This document shows, in pieces, positions 18,280 through 28,256 of a stretch of 64,000 nucleotides of DNA. Source of the DNA: a virus. Every line of letters begins with the position of its first letter. Positions within the stretch are counted from its first letter, which is position 1. A program made the position numbers and the translations under genes. The DNA lies in the IMG/VR virus record IMGVR_UViG_3300028043_000001, positions 32,001 through 96,000 of that record. One strand, given 5' to 3'. The notes under the pieces were generated by a model that was not told where the DNA came from, did no database searches, and saw only the letters and a list, made by a program, of their open reading frames with translations.

Positions 18280-19221
18280 ATGGAATTTCCTGTTCTCCTT
18301 ACTGGGGACCTCCACGTCTCTCACCGCAACTTACATTTGTTCAAGATTTTTTCCGGACAGGTAGAGGCTTTAGCTCCCGACTTTCGGTCGATTGTCATTA
18401 TTGGTGATCTATTCGATAGTCAAGACGCCACTAAGTGGGAAGCCATTTTAACTGTTTATGAATTTCTGGCTTGGCTTTACACCCAAAATAAATCGATCTA
18501 TCTTCTTTCAGGCACTCACGACACCCTGTTTTTAAATCGAACTGAATCTACCCTTTCAATTTTTAGTCCCCTTGCAAACGTGATCCGAGTTCGTACGGAG
18601 TTTGAATGCTGTACGTGGCTCCCCCATTCAAGGGATTTAAACAGAGACGTTGAATTTTTAGAAGCTGCTACAAACATAGATGCCTGTTTTTCACATCACA
18701 TGGTTAGAGGATTGCAAATTGGTAACTTTGTCGTCCCCGCAGGTTTGCCTTTGGAGCTGCTGCAAAAGTTTGATTGGGCTTTTAATGGACATATTCATCA
18801 ACCCCAAGTGAGTGGCACATTTTTCAATGTAGGCTCCCCGTGGCAGCACTCTTTTGCTGAGGCTAATCAAAACAAGTATTTGTGGTTGTGGGATAGACAC
18901 TCTGTAAAGCCTCTTGCATCGGAGGTAGAGCCACAGTTTTTTAGTGGCTCATTCTCGGAGCTTCGGGGTTTAAATTTAGAGGGTAAAAGTGTCAGAGTTT
19001 TTTTAGAACAAACGGACGACCTCGAAAGAGTTGTTGAGTTCCTTACCTCCGCTGGTGCTCTTAGGTGGGAGCTGTGTTCCCCAACTCTTCAGCCACTCGA
19101 CGTGTCCCCTTTAAATGAATCCTACCAGTTAGAGGACTTGGTTGAAAGGTGGGCGAACGCGAAAAACTTATCTGCAGACGAAACTTCATTGGGCAAAACA
19201 TTTCTTAAGGGGATGTCATGA
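18280..19221 (+). CDS. SbcD/Mre11/gp47-like nuclease
   Basis: GDLH, GDLFD, GTHD, GHIH, GSP; GAGG SD before ATG 18280. Confidence 0.88.
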   Translation: MEFPVLLTGDLHVSHRNLHLFKIFSGQVEALAPDFRSIVIIGDLFDSQDATKWEAILTVYEFLAWLYTQNKSIYLLSGTHDTLFLNRTESTLSIFSPLANVIRVRTEFECCTWLPHSRDLNRDVEFLEAATNIDACFSHHMVRGLQIGNFVVPAGLPLELLQKFDWAFNGHIHQPQVSGTFFNVGSPWQHSFAEANQNKYLWLWDRHSVKPLASEVEPQFFSGSFSELRGLNLEGKSVRVFLEQTDDLERVVEFLTSAGALRWELCSPTLQPLDVSPLNESYQLEDLVERWANAKNLSADETSLGKTFLKGMS

Positions 19222-20930
19222 TAATTTTTCGGCGTGTTGCGGCCCGCAATTTTCGCTCCTTCGAAACTTTTGATCTGCCTCTCGACGCCTTCGGAATGGT
19301 TTTAGTACAGGGAATCATTGAGGGAGGGTCGGCGTTGGAGTCAAATGGTGCTGGCAAGTCTTCCCTTTTTGCAGCAATTTCTTGGGCCTTGTTTGGTAAA
19401 TTTTTTCATGTAGGCGGGGCATTAGTTTCAGGTGAACAGGTTATAAAAAGGGGTAGCAGCGGTGGTTGCTGCGTTACCCTCGAGCTTTTTAAAGGAGACG
19501 ATCAGGTTGTTATCAATCGTTTTCGCGGTGACAAGCAGTATGGTAACAAAATCGTCGTTAGCGTAAACGGGGTTGATCGCACGCCCTCCTCTAATTTTAA
19601 AACTCAAGAGCTGATTGAAGAGGTGCTGGGTATTACGTTTGAATTATTTGCAAACCTCGTTTATATTAATGAAACATCGATGCGCAGCTCTTTCGTTTTA
19701 GAGGCCGACACTCAAAGGAAAAAGCTATTAGTAAGTGCGCTGCCCCACTTGGAACAGTTTGGTGAAGCCCGCGAGGAGGTTAAACGCAATCTCGATTTCT
19801 ATCACAAACACAAAGCTGAACACAAGAGCCAGATTAACGCACTGCTCGAAGCTTCGCGAGAGTTGCAAAACAGTACTCCCCCAAGTCCCGATTCAATTTA
19901 CATCCAACTTCACTCTTTGAAGGAGCGGTTTACAGATTTAAGTGATCGTTTCGTCCTTGCTAACTCAATTGTGCTCAAACTACCTTCACAGGAGCAATGT
20001 GAGTCACAACTCCGAGCCAAGATTAGGGAGGTAGCTACTGCTGAGGCAGCCATTAAGTTTCATGAAAAAGAGGTTAGTAATTGGAAAGCTTTGCACAACG
20101 CGTGCTATGTTTGTTCACAACCCATTTCGCCCGACTTCAAAGAAACTCAAATTCAAGTCCTTGGGCGTACTATTACGGAGTTGCTCGATGAACTTGGTCA
20201 ACTTCAAAGGGAAGAGGAACAGCTTCGCAGTTTTTGTGGACAACACCAGAGCCTCCTGAAGATAAAAGAGAGTAAAGAAGGACTCATGCAATCTATTACG
20301 CAGTTGCAACAGGTAGCTGCCGAGATAGAGCAAACCCAGTTGAAACTAGCTCGGCAAAAACAATCCCTAGAAAGAAGGATTGAAAACTTGCAAGAAGTTT
20401 CACGGATCGTTGATTCGTATAGTCAGACCTTTCAGGTCTGGCTCGACGGTTTTGGTCCTCGGGGTGTGATGTCGTTTGCTCTTGAACACGTCGTTGCAAT
20501 TCTAACCAAGAAGTCGGAAGAGTGGTTAAAGAAGTTGTGGGCTGAGGGAGCTGCTGCGACGTTTGGTTTAGCAGGCGATGACTCTTCAAAAATTGAAGCA
20601 AAGTTGTTTTTAAATCAACACGAGGTTAACCTCCTCTCCCTAAGTTCTGGAGAAACCCGTAGAGTGTGTCTTGCGATTTGTTTTAGTCTTCGAGAGACTT
20701 TACAAGCTTTAACGGGGTGGAGTTCAAATTTGCTGATATTAGACGAAATTAATGCTGGTTTAGATCCTTCTGGAAGTGAGCAAGTTATAAAACACTTAAA
20801 ATCGGCGTATGGGACCAACTCTAGCATTTTTGTGATTTCCCACCTCCCAACTCCCAGCCGCCTTTTTGACGAGCATTTACTCGTGCATTACCGGGGAAAT
20901 TCTTCAACGCTTGAGTGGCACACAAAGTAA
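19218..20930 (+). CDS. SbcC/Rad50/gp46-like ATPase
   Basis: NGAGKSS, CYVC Zn hook, LSSGE, LILDE, ISH. Confidence 0.92.
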   Translation: MIIFRRVAARNFRSFETFDLPLDAFGMVLVQGIIEGGSALESNGAGKSSLFAAISWALFGKFFHVGGALVSGEQVIKRGSSGGCCVTLELFKGDDQVVINRFRGDKQYGNKIVVSVNGVDRTPSSNFKTQELIEEVLGITFELFANLVYINETSMRSSFVLEADTQRKKLLVSALPHLEQFGEAREEVKRNLDFYHKHKAEHKSQINALLEASRELQNSTPPSPDSIYIQLHSLKERFTDLSDRFVLANSIVLKLPSQEQCESQLRAKIREVATAEAAIKFHEKEVSNWKALHNACYVCSQPISPDFKETQIQVLGRTITELLDELGQLQREEEQLRSFCGQHQSLLKIKESKEGLMQSITQLQQVAAEIEQTQLKLARQKQSLERRIENLQEVSRIVDSYSQTFQVWLDGFGPRGVMSFALEHVVAILTKKSEEWLKKLWAEGAAATFGLAGDDSSKIEAKLFLNQHEVNLLSLSSGETRRVCLAICFSLRETLQALTGWSSNLLILDEINAGLDPSGSEQVIKHLKSAYGTNSSIFVISHLPTPSRLFDEHLLVHYRGNSSTLEWHTK

Positions 20931-20959
20931 GAGGGAATTTCAACTTGAGGAGCAGATAT

Positions 20960-22291
20960 ATGGACAGAAGGAATTTTACTTTGCAGATCTTGATCGGTAG
21001 TTTAATTTCTTCCCCGGAATTTCTGGTCCGCAGAGAAGAGAACTACCTTTATGTGGAAGACATTTTACAGCCCCACATAGAGTATCAAATGTGGAAAGTA
21101 CGCCATTGGAAGCAGTACGGCGAAATTACCAATGACGCTATGTGGGATGCAGGTATTATTGCCTTCGTTATTCCAGAAGCCGTTGCTGAGTTTATCGATT
21201 GTGAACGAATTTCGACAGGACAGACTGGGCATCTACTTTCCCTCCTCAACGATCTTGGACTAGCAGTTTGGTTTATGGAAACAAGTTCGTGGCAGGATGA
21301 TCAACTTGAACTTCCCTTACCTATTGACTGGTTTCAGTTTGCTCAATCCGCGGAGCGCCTCTTCAACCCCTTCGATGTTGTGTTACCCTCCAAGCCTGAA
21401 ATTTATGTTACCTTCGACGACGACAGTGCTATGAAGTTAAAAGAGGCCATCTTTCCGTTCGTTGTGCCATCTAAAAGAACCAAGTTTGGGAAGTATCTCT
21501 TAGAACTGCACGACATCTCAAAGTCAGTTTCGAAAACCCAAATGCAAATTCAAAAGGTTGGCATCCGCCAAGTTCCTATACCATTAACTATTCATCTCAG
21601 ATCTGAGCCCTTCCAAACCATTGCAACCGCGTCGGTGTATACTAATCTGCAGCCCGAGGTGATGGGCTCCCACCTCAGCCGCCTTGTTGAAGTTTTAAAC
21701 TCGGTTTCCTCTCAACCTTTAGCCACCGACTTGCAAACTATGCAGTCTTTATTGAGCGTCCTTCAAGAGCGCTTAAAAGCAACGAACGCTTACCTCAAAC
21801 TTAGGTTCCCAATCTTGATTGCACAAGAAGCACCTGTCTCGAAAATTAAAGGAATGGTGCACTACGACTGCACTCTCTCCGGCGAGATAGTTGATGGGGA
21901 CTTGAAAGTTTTAAAGACGATACGAGTGCCCTACGTTTCTTCTTGTATTTGCTCAAAAACGATCAGCTTATTTAACGCTCACAATCAGAGGAGTTTTGCT
22001 GATGTAACCCTGATGTTGAGAGAGTGCGACTATGCTTTTGAGGATATCATCGAGATCGTAGAGGGCTGCTGCTCGGCACCGATTCGGGCGCTCCTGAAAA
22101 GAGAGGATGAAAAATTCATCACCGAGGCTTGTTTTGATTATGCTGGCTTTGTTGAGTCCATCTGTCGCCAGATTGCAGATAACGTTGCTGCTCTAGATGT
22201 GAGGGGCTGGCTGGTTGTTTGTGAACATCTGGAGAGTATCCACCAACACAACGCGGTTGCGTTGATTCGAGGTGGTGAGTATATCCCCTAA
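20960..22291 (+). CDS. folE2: GTP cyclohydrolase IB (FolE2) with N-terminal degenerate LAGLIDADG domain
   Basis: KVGI, GSHLSR, CICSK, AHNQRS, KREDE, FVE, ESIHQHNA; about 180 extra N-terminal residues; GAGGAG SD before ATG 20960. Confidence 0.88.
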   Translation: MDRRNFTLQILIGSLISSPEFLVRREENYLYVEDILQPHIEYQMWKVRHWKQYGEITNDAMWDAGIIAFVIPEAVAEFIDCERISTGQTGHLLSLLNDLGLAVWFMETSSWQDDQLELPLPIDWFQFAQSAERLFNPFDVVLPSKPEIYVTFDDDSAMKLKEAIFPFVVPSKRTKFGKYLLELHDISKSVSKTQMQIQKVGIRQVPIPLTIHLRSEPFQTIATASVYTNLQPEVMGSHLSRLVEVLNSVSSQPLATDLQTMQSLLSVLQERLKATNAYLKLRFPILIAQEAPVSKIKGMVHYDCTLSGEIVDGDLKVLKTIRVPYVSSCICSKTISLFNAHNQRSFADVTLMLRECDYAFEDIIEIVEGCCSAPIRALLKREDEKFITEACFDYAGFVESICRQIADNVAALDVRGWLVVCEHLESIHQHNAVALIRGGEYIP

Positions 22292-22379
22292 AAAAATTAA
22301 GGTCATAAATTTTCGCCTTGAAAAAAGCCAAATTAAGCAATTAAAATTACTTAATAAGTAGAATACTTTAGGAGCGAGA

Positions 22380-22601
22380 ATGGAGTGGTTGTATTTTTTG
22401 GGAGTAGTGCTTCTATTTGGAAGTCTGTTCTCAATAGGTTGGGTTGTAAGAAGGAGGCACTCCAAGAACGCAAGAGAGTTAGTCCACCCCCACAAACTTG
22501 GGGACAGTTTTGACATCGAAGGAATGCGCAACCAGTTAGCGCGGCTAGACAATGAGCTTAAAAGGCTGCATGAAGTGCTTGGGGGAGATGAAAAGAAATG
22601 A
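22380..22601 (+). CDS. Small membrane-anchored protein
   Basis: N-terminal TM helix; AGGAG SD. Confidence 0.55.
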   Translation: MEWLYFLGVVLLFGSLFSIGWVVRRRHSKNARELVHPHKLGDSFDIEGMRNQLARLDNELKRLHEVLGGDEKK

Positions 22602-22770
22602 GAGAGACATGTATTGCATGTGGTGAAAAATTTACGAAGTTTGGCTACGAAGCATCAACTGACCCACTATGCTTCAAATGCAGGGAGAAGTTGGAAGAGG
22701 AACAACAGGATAGCCGCACCCAAAGAAGAGGATGGACACATCCTCTTTCATTTTTGTTTGGTGATGACAT

Positions 22771-23004
22771 GTGGTAGGAGGAAAAAAAGTCGTGTCTTTT
22801 GAAGATAAAACTTTTTCCATGCAAGAATTTCTAAAGAACCTTGCGAAGCAACTATTTGGACGCGAGATTGATGGTATACATTGCGTTGTTTGCGGGTCGG
22901 CAGTTGAGGGACCCCACAATTTTCGCGACGAGCTTTCTTGGAAGGAGTGGCAAATTTCCTTTCTGTGCCAAGCATGTCAAGATGAAACTTTCGGAAAGCA
23001 ATGA
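22771..23004 (+). CDS. Small Zn-binding phage protein
   Basis: CVVC...FRDELSWKEWQISFLCQAC. Confidence 0.55.
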   Translation: MVGGKKVVSFEDKTFSMQEFLKNLAKQLFGREIDGIHCVVCGSAVEGPHNFRDELSWKEWQISFLCQACQDETFGKQ

Positions 23005-23022
23005 GAACAAATTTTCAAAGAG

Positions 23023-23415
23023 ATGCGCAATCAAGAACTTAGAGTTACAATGTTCGCGATAGATGACGGCACCTTCCAGGAAATGACATTGGCTGCTCCC
23101 AAACTCTGCGCCTTAACACAAGTTGCAGAATTAGCCGTCCAAAGAGTAGACCAACCGCCCCCCGAAAGTAAATCTTTACGCCCCAACCTCTACATCCAAG
23201 TTGAAGTAGCTCTAGGTGATAAATGTGTGCGTTGTTGGTACTCCTCTCCAAGTGTTGGTAGTGATTTACACCATCCTCAACTTTGTGGTCGTTGTCTCCA
23301 AATTGTGGCCCCTCAAGGAGGGTTAATTAGTGATTGGCAAAAGAGTAAAAATAGCGAACCGATTTGCCTCAAGGATCTGGGAAAAATATCACCGGAATCA
23401 TTTAATTGGATTTGA
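23023..23415 (+). CDS. Stand-alone IleRS C-terminal zinc-finger domain protein
   Basis: ALGDKCVRCW...VGSDLHHPQLCGRC matches the zf-FPG_IleRS pattern. Confidence 0.65.
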   Translation: MRNQELRVTMFAIDDGTFQEMTLAAPKLCALTQVAELAVQRVDQPPPESKSLRPNLYIQVEVALGDKCVRCWYSSPSVGSDLHHPQLCGRCLQIVAPQGGLISDWQKSKNSEPICLKDLGKISPESFNWI

Positions 23416-23611
23416 AACTCTTGAAGAGATTGAGGAAAACTTACCTCCAGTGGGAGCGTATAGAAAAACCAAAGTGTTTTGCTCTTGTCCCTACTGTTGC
23501 GGGAACCCTCGTCGTGGCAAAGGAAGCTTAAAGGATAGACTAACCAAACAGGAGTTACAAGCTCTCGAGGACGAGGTTATTCAGTTCCAGGAAGGAATAG
23601 GAGTCTTTTAA
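23330..23611 (+). CDS. Hypothetical protein (CSCxxCCGNPRR motif)
   Basis: GGAGG SD; Cys motif. Confidence 0.5.
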   Translation: MIGKRVKIANRFASRIWEKYHRNHLIGFETLEEIEENLPPVGAYRKTKVFCSCPYCCGNPRRGKGSLKDRLTKQELQALEDEVIQFQEGIGVF

Positions 23612-23618
23612 AGGGTAA

Positions 23619-23876
23619 GTGACATTGAAAGATGAGTGGTGGAAACTTATTCTTTCGATAGCTGGTGCGGCAATTTTATTCCTACTCCATCAGAATCAAC
23701 AGTTTCTTGAGAAGGAGTTGGATCGAAATAAAGTCCAAAACTCAGCTCAATGGCGGACCTCCGCTGAAGTAGAGAGAAGTCTGGTTCGGGAAATTGCAGC
23801 TTTAAAGGAAAAAGTTGCCTTTATTGATGGCTACCACGCAGGCCTTCGAGAGAGTAAAGTAACAACAAAGAAGTAG
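23619..23876 (+). CDS. TM plus coiled-coil protein
   Basis: N-terminal TM helix then heptads. Confidence 0.5.
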   Translation: MTLKDEWWKLILSIAGAAILFLLHQNQQFLEKELDRNKVQNSAQWRTSAEVERSLVREIAALKEKVAFIDGYHAGLRESKVTTKK

Positions 23877-23880
23877 ATTT

Positions 23881-24072
23881 ATGACACCTATAACTGAGCT
23901 TCCCTTCAAGCCGCATGGCTGGTGGCGACGAGTTTGGCAAACGCTGCTAGTCTTTTTCGGATTGGCGAGCCTTGCAACTGGAGGCCTCCTAAAATATCGT
24001 AGGCGCCCGTTGCTGATTTTCACTGCAGCTGTCGTCGCAGGTGCAGTTTTAGTTTGGTGGGTATGGGAATAA
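23881..24072 (+). CDS. Small two-TM protein
   Basis: Two hydrophobic segments. Confidence 0.45.
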   Translation: MTPITELPFKPHGWWRRVWQTLLVFFGLASLATGGLLKYRRRPLLIFTAAVVAGAVLVWWVWE

Positions 24073-24449
24073 TTGAGTATCTTATATTGTTGTGGGAAAG
24101 ACGTAGACTCAGAAAGATAGTCGAGCAGTTGCATCGGAGGCGAGATTATGAAAAAAGGGAGGCATCGACGGTGACCACGGTAAAAACCAAAAATGAGAGA
24201 GCTGAGGCTATGGCGTTTTTACTATCAGCGCGTGGCAACTTCATTGTCTCACAAGCGCTGGTGCTAGCAATAAGGACAATCAAGTCCCGACCAAAAACTT
24301 TTCAAGAACCCTCAAACGTGGCAGATATGGAATATCTGCTAGACACCCTATTCCCGATCTATAAAGCTGTTGAAGCTTCACAACATGTGGCTAACAAGCA
24401 TCACCCCCTTACCGACGAAACGCTCGCTAAAATTTACAATGAAGAGTAG
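24063..24449 (+). CDS. Hypothetical protein
   Basis: ORF tiling the + strand; start uncertain. Confidence 0.5.
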   Translation: MGIIEYLILLWERRRLRKIVEQLHRRRDYEKREASTVTTVKTKNERAEAMAFLLSARGNFIVSQALVLAIRTIKSRPKTFQEPSNVADMEYLLDTLFPIYKAVEASQHVANKHHPLTDETLAKIYNEE

Positions 24450-24505
24450 GGCCTTTTTTCCAACTCTTCCAAATCGAACAAGGTATTCAACGAAGGGTAG
24501 ATAAA

Positions 24506-24820
24506 ATGGGTTTTTGGGATTGGCTTTTTGGCTCATCGGAAACCCTGGACCGAATCGAGGACAGGGTTACCCATATTCAACAACAAATTCAACTTTTGGA
24601 GGAAAGGCAGATGTTGGAGTTCGAAGCACTAAAAGCGGCAGTGGCGGAGCAGACCACGGTAATCAACAGCGCAATCGTCCTTTTGAACGAGCTCGAGGAT
24701 CGTCTCGAGGCAATGAAGGACGCCCCAACCCCGCAGGATGTCCAAAATCTCTTGGATACGGTGATAGCCGACAAAGAGGCTCTTGCGGCAGCTGTCGCAG
24801 AGAACACCCCTGGCGCCTAA
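24506..24820 (+). CDS. Coiled-coil protein
   Basis: Amphipathic heptads; followed by a hairpin. Confidence 0.6.
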   Translation: MGFWDWLFGSSETLDRIEDRVTHIQQQIQLLEERQMLEFEALKAAVAEQTTVINSAIVLLNELEDRLEAMKDAPTPQDVQNLLDTVIADKEALAAAVAENTPGA

Positions 24821-24828
24821 TCTTAAAT

Positions 24829-24854
24829 AAGGGAGGATCTCCGGATCCTCCCTT
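24829..24854 (+). terminator. Hairpin with cUCCGg tetraloop (terminator or RNA stabiliser)
   Basis: AAGGGAGGATC-TCCG-GATCCTCCCTT; weak U tract. Confidence 0.65.
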
Positions 24855-24875
24855 CATTTAAAGGGTTAAGCTAAG

Positions 24876-25544
24876 TTGGAAGAATTTGGCATCGTTGTAC
24901 TCACCTTTAACCGCCTTGAGCGTCTACAGTCGTGTTTAGACCACATCTTCTCACGCACAAAAGCCTCCTTTAAACTTTACGTAGTCGATAATTACTCAAC
25001 TGATGGCACACAAGAGTATCTCGAGGGTTTCAGTGCCAACCAAAAGCTCGTCTATATTAGGATGGATTCGAATGTTGGGGTCTTAGCTCGAAACGTAGCG
25101 TTTCGTCAAATTACTGCACCCTTTATTGCCCAGATCGATGATGACGTTACTGTTGACCCTGATTGGGACTCAAAATGCTTGCAGTTAATGAACAGCGATT
25201 CCCAAATCGGTTTGATTTGTCATCAAGGAGCCCGTATCAAGGAGTGGCCCCATTTTGAGGTCCAGCATGAAGATTGCTTTGTTGATTGCGCTACCGGGTT
25301 TTTTATGTGCTTCAGAAACGTTGGCCTGTTGTTTGATGAGAACATTGAAAGATTTTGGTGTGAGGATCTAGACTTATCACTACAATTTAAAGAAAAGGGT
25401 TACCGCATTTTTTGCACACCAACGTTGTGTAGCCATGCAAGTGCCCGTGATATCCCTATCGACCTGGATCTTTATAATAGGAACCATGATTACGTTTTTA
25501 AAAAGTGGGCTTCAAGATTAGCAAGCCTGGGGCTCGAGGCTTAG
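24876..25544 (+). CDS. GT2 glycosyltransferase
   Basis: VVDNYSTDGT, ARN, IDDD, EDLDL. Confidence 0.9.
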   Translation: MEEFGIVVLTFNRLERLQSCLDHIFSRTKASFKLYVVDNYSTDGTQEYLEGFSANQKLVYIRMDSNVGVLARNVAFRQITAPFIAQIDDDVTVDPDWDSKCLQLMNSDSQIGLICHQGARIKEWPHFEVQHEDCFVDCATGFFMCFRNVGLLFDENIERFWCEDLDLSLQFKEKGYRIFCTPTLCSHASARDIPIDLDLYNRNHDYVFKKWASRLASLGLEA

Positions 25545-25822
25545 ACGTGTTTAACTTTTTTGTGCTTGTAAACCAGCAGTCCGAGGCTCTCAAAACCATC
25601 GTAGACTCCCTGCTAACGTTTGGGGTGAGGTGCTCTGAGCTTCCTCGGGTGTGGGTATGGGACTTATTGCACTCAACTCCCCACACACGAATTCTAACCT
25701 TCGGTGCAAGACGCACGAAGCTTCCCGAACGTACTCCCCTTGAGTTCGTCGATGACGAAGGAAGAAGGTGGAAAGTGGGGCCCGTAATTTCACAAAAAAG
25801 ACATGGAATACAGCAATCTTAA
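25505..25822 (+). CDS. Hypothetical protein
   Basis: Fills the gap in the cluster; start may be GTG 25547. Confidence 0.4.
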   Translation: MGFKISKPGARGLDVFNFFVLVNQQSEALKTIVDSLLTFGVRCSELPRVWVWDLLHSTPHTRILTFGARRTKLPERTPLEFVDDEGRRWKVGPVISQKRHGIQQS

Positions 25823-26381
25823 GGCGGTTGAAAATATTTTTGGTTGGCTTGAACCTTTAGAGGGTGAGTGTCTTTACCGTTTAGCTCAGGAATGTTCAAA
25901 GGGAGTGATTGTTGAGGTAGGTTCCTTTAAAGGGAGGTCAACTGCATGTCTTGGTTTAGGCTCCCTTGCCGGGTTTAAAGTTAAAATTTATGCGGTAGAT
26001 CATTTCCAGCCCTACTTCGACGTGATCTTGCAAACTGTTTTTGACTACACTCTTGAAGAATTTTGTACTAACATGCACAGCTTGGGTCTTGGAGAAATTG
26101 TTATTCCAATTGTAGCTTCGTCAAAAGAAGCTTTTAAAACCTTCGAGCACGACATCGGGGTTCTGTTTATAGACGCGTGCCACAACTTTGACGAAGTTAC
26201 ACATGATATAGTCTCCTGGTCGACAAAGTTACTTCCAGGCGGAATTATTGCTGTACATGACTGCGCGCCTGGAGGGAATTGGGTTGAGCCTCAACGTGCT
26301 TTTAATCAACTTGTAAAAGAGTCCCCGCAGTTCCAGTTTCTTGGATTTGTGGGTTCAATTGGAGTGGCAAGAAAAAAATGA
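25803..26381 (+). CDS. Class I SAM methyltransferase (Methyltransf_24-like)
   Basis: VEVGSFKGRST, LFIDACH, GGIIAVHD. Confidence 0.88.
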   Translation: MEYSNLKAVENIFGWLEPLEGECLYRLAQECSKGVIVEVGSFKGRSTACLGLGSLAGFKVKIYAVDHFQPYFDVILQTVFDYTLEEFCTNMHSLGLGEIVIPIVASSKEAFKTFEHDIGVLFIDACHNFDEVTHDIVSWSTKLLPGGIIAVHDCAPGGNWVEPQRAFNQLVKESPQFQFLGFVGSIGVARKK

Positions 26382-27064
26382 ATCCAGCTTTTAAAGAGGA
26401 GTTTGAGTATTGGGAGGAATGGCTCAAAACGCGGGGAAAATGTCAGGATTTGTTTCCTCACGAGTATGAGGAGCGCCTCGATCCTTACCTTCCCCTCCAA
26501 TTTGAGATTGAAAAGCTTCTCCCGAGGGAATCACGAGTTGCACGCATTCTCGACGTAGGATCTGGTCCGCTAACACACGTTGGTAAATTTCATCCAAATA
26601 TTACTCTTGAGGTGGTTGCACTTGATGCACTTGCAGATGAGTACAATCAGCTCCTAGAGACTTGCGGTGTTATTCCTCCGATAATGGTGGTTAAAGGAGA
26701 TGCCGAAAAACTGCTCTCCTATTTTAACCCCGACTTTTTCGATGTTGTGTGTTTTCGTAATAGTTTTGATCACTGCCCTCGACCTTTGCCTTCCTTCGTT
26801 GCAGCCCTTTCAGTAGCTAAAACGGGGGGCTATGTGTTCTTACAGCATGAGGAGTTTGAAGGACAAAAAGCTGAGTATACCGGCTTGCACCAGTGGGATT
26901 TATACTCACGCGACGGCAGTTTTTTTGTTAGTGATAAAGTGGGTAACACTTTTAATTTCTCATTACTATTTCAGGGCGTGGCTCAGCTCGAGTGCTCGTA
27001 TGATGTTTTTGGGTGGTTGGTAGTAACGGCAAAGAAAATCGTTACGGGAGTTGTTAATGTATAG
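26378..27064 (+). CDS. Class I SAM methyltransferase
   Basis: ILDVGSGP, FDVV..RNSFDH, GLHQW. Confidence 0.82.
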   Translation: MNPAFKEEFEYWEEWLKTRGKCQDLFPHEYEERLDPYLPLQFEIEKLLPRESRVARILDVGSGPLTHVGKFHPNITLEVVALDALADEYNQLLETCGVIPPIMVVKGDAEKLLSYFNPDFFDVVCFRNSFDHCPRPLPSFVAALSVAKTGGYVFLQHEEFEGQKAEYTGLHQWDLYSRDGSFFVSDKVGNTFNFSLLFQGVAQLECSYDVFGWLVVTAKKIVTGVVNV

Positions 27065-28256
27065 ACATCCAATTGGTAAACTTAGTAAAGGGGCAGTTCT
27101 TGATATAGGTTTGAAGTGTCCCCACAGTTGTGCCTTCTGTTACTATTCATATTTGAATGGTGAAGATGAGCAGTTTTACGGCATCCGTCACTCATCTTTT
27201 CGCACTCCCCAAGAATGCACCGCAATTTTAGACCTCCTCAAGCAATCAAAGTTTCTTAACTTTGATATCACTGGTGGCGAACCAGTAGTCCATCCAGGTA
27301 TTGTTGAGATTGTTCAACATTCGACCGAGCTCAGCCTAGCATCTCGCCTGATTACTCTAGGCCAGTTTTTGTTTGTTGATAATTTAATTGATAGGTTATT
27401 AGACGCAGGATTAACAAATTTCCTTTTCTCTGTCCACTCTCCCAATAACAAGACTGCTCAAAGTTTGACGGGCGCAAAGCTAACCAAAATTTTAGAGGCT
27501 TTTGACTTCCTGGACGCCCTTGATTTTTCTTACTGCACAAACACCGTTATTACTGATTTCAATTTTAAAGACTTGCCTGCCCTCGCTTCCTTATTTACCC
27601 AGCACAACGTTTACCACTCCAGCTTCATTTACATGAATCCCCACTACGGCTGGCAAGATCTGTCAAGAACGGATACCCTCTTTAAGTTGCTCGCGAGACA
27701 CTCCGATATTCAACCATTTATAGTTGAGGCGGTGCAGATCTTGGAAGCCAGCAAGATCGCGGTCAACTTAAGATATGCTCCAATGTGTACTGTGAAAGGT
27801 GTAGAGAAGAATATGGTCGGCGTTGTAGGAGTACGCTACGACCCCTACGAGTGGATGAATCAAGGTGGACATCTTGGTGGAGACCCAACCTCTTGCGCAA
27901 CCCCTAACAGGATCGTAGAAGGTGATGTGGAGCCTAATTTCCGCCTGGAGCGGTTTTCTGCCCCTATTCAATTCCTTGACTTTGCAGTTATTGGTAGACG
28001 CAGTGATTTAAGGTATTTTCCTTTACAATGTGGTGAATGTGGTATGATCGAAGTATGTGATGGCGTCCATGGTCGTTATTTGCAAAAGTTTGGTGCAGCA
28101 GAATTTTCCCCCTTTCCCGAGAGGGAATTAGGCTTTCCCATTCATGCAGCGAGGGCACAATATTTACCTCCCTTCATTGTTAAAACCGAGCAATTTGAGA
28201 ACATGAAGGCACTTCTGACCGCGGAGTTCGACGAGTGTACCCTAGAGTCTCCGTAA
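27051..28256 (+). CDS. Radical SAM protein with C-terminal Cys cluster (SPASM-like)
   Basis: CPHSCAFC, TGGEP, CGECGMIEVCDG. Confidence 0.88.
   Translation: MLMYRHPIGKLSKGAVLDIGLKCPHSCAFCYYSYLNGEDEQFYGIRHSSFRTPQECTAILDLLKQSKFLNFDITGGEPVVHPGIVEIVQHSTELSLASRLITLGQFLFVDNLIDRLLDAGLTNFLFSVHSPNNKTAQSLTGAKLTKILEAFDFLDALDFSYCTNTVITDFNFKDLPALASLFTQHNVYHSSFIYMNPHYGWQDLSRTDTLFKLLARHSDIQPFIVEAVQILEASKIAVNLRYAPMCTVKGVEKNMVGVVGVRYDPYEWMNQGGHLGGDPTSCATPNRIVEGDVEPNFRLERFSAPIQFLDFAVIGRRSDLRYFPLQCGECGMIEVCDGVHGRYLQKFGAAEFSPFPERELGFPIHAARAQYLPPFIVKTEQFENMKALLTAEFDECTLESP

Noticed and set aside
22614-22802. 63-codon + strand ORF with TTG start
   Set aside because: No recognisable motif and an uncertain start; not supportable
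27051-28256. Radical SAM gene as queE
   Set aside because: Too long (401 aa), has an extra C-terminal Cys cluster and sits among glycosyltransferases; cannot be fully excluded
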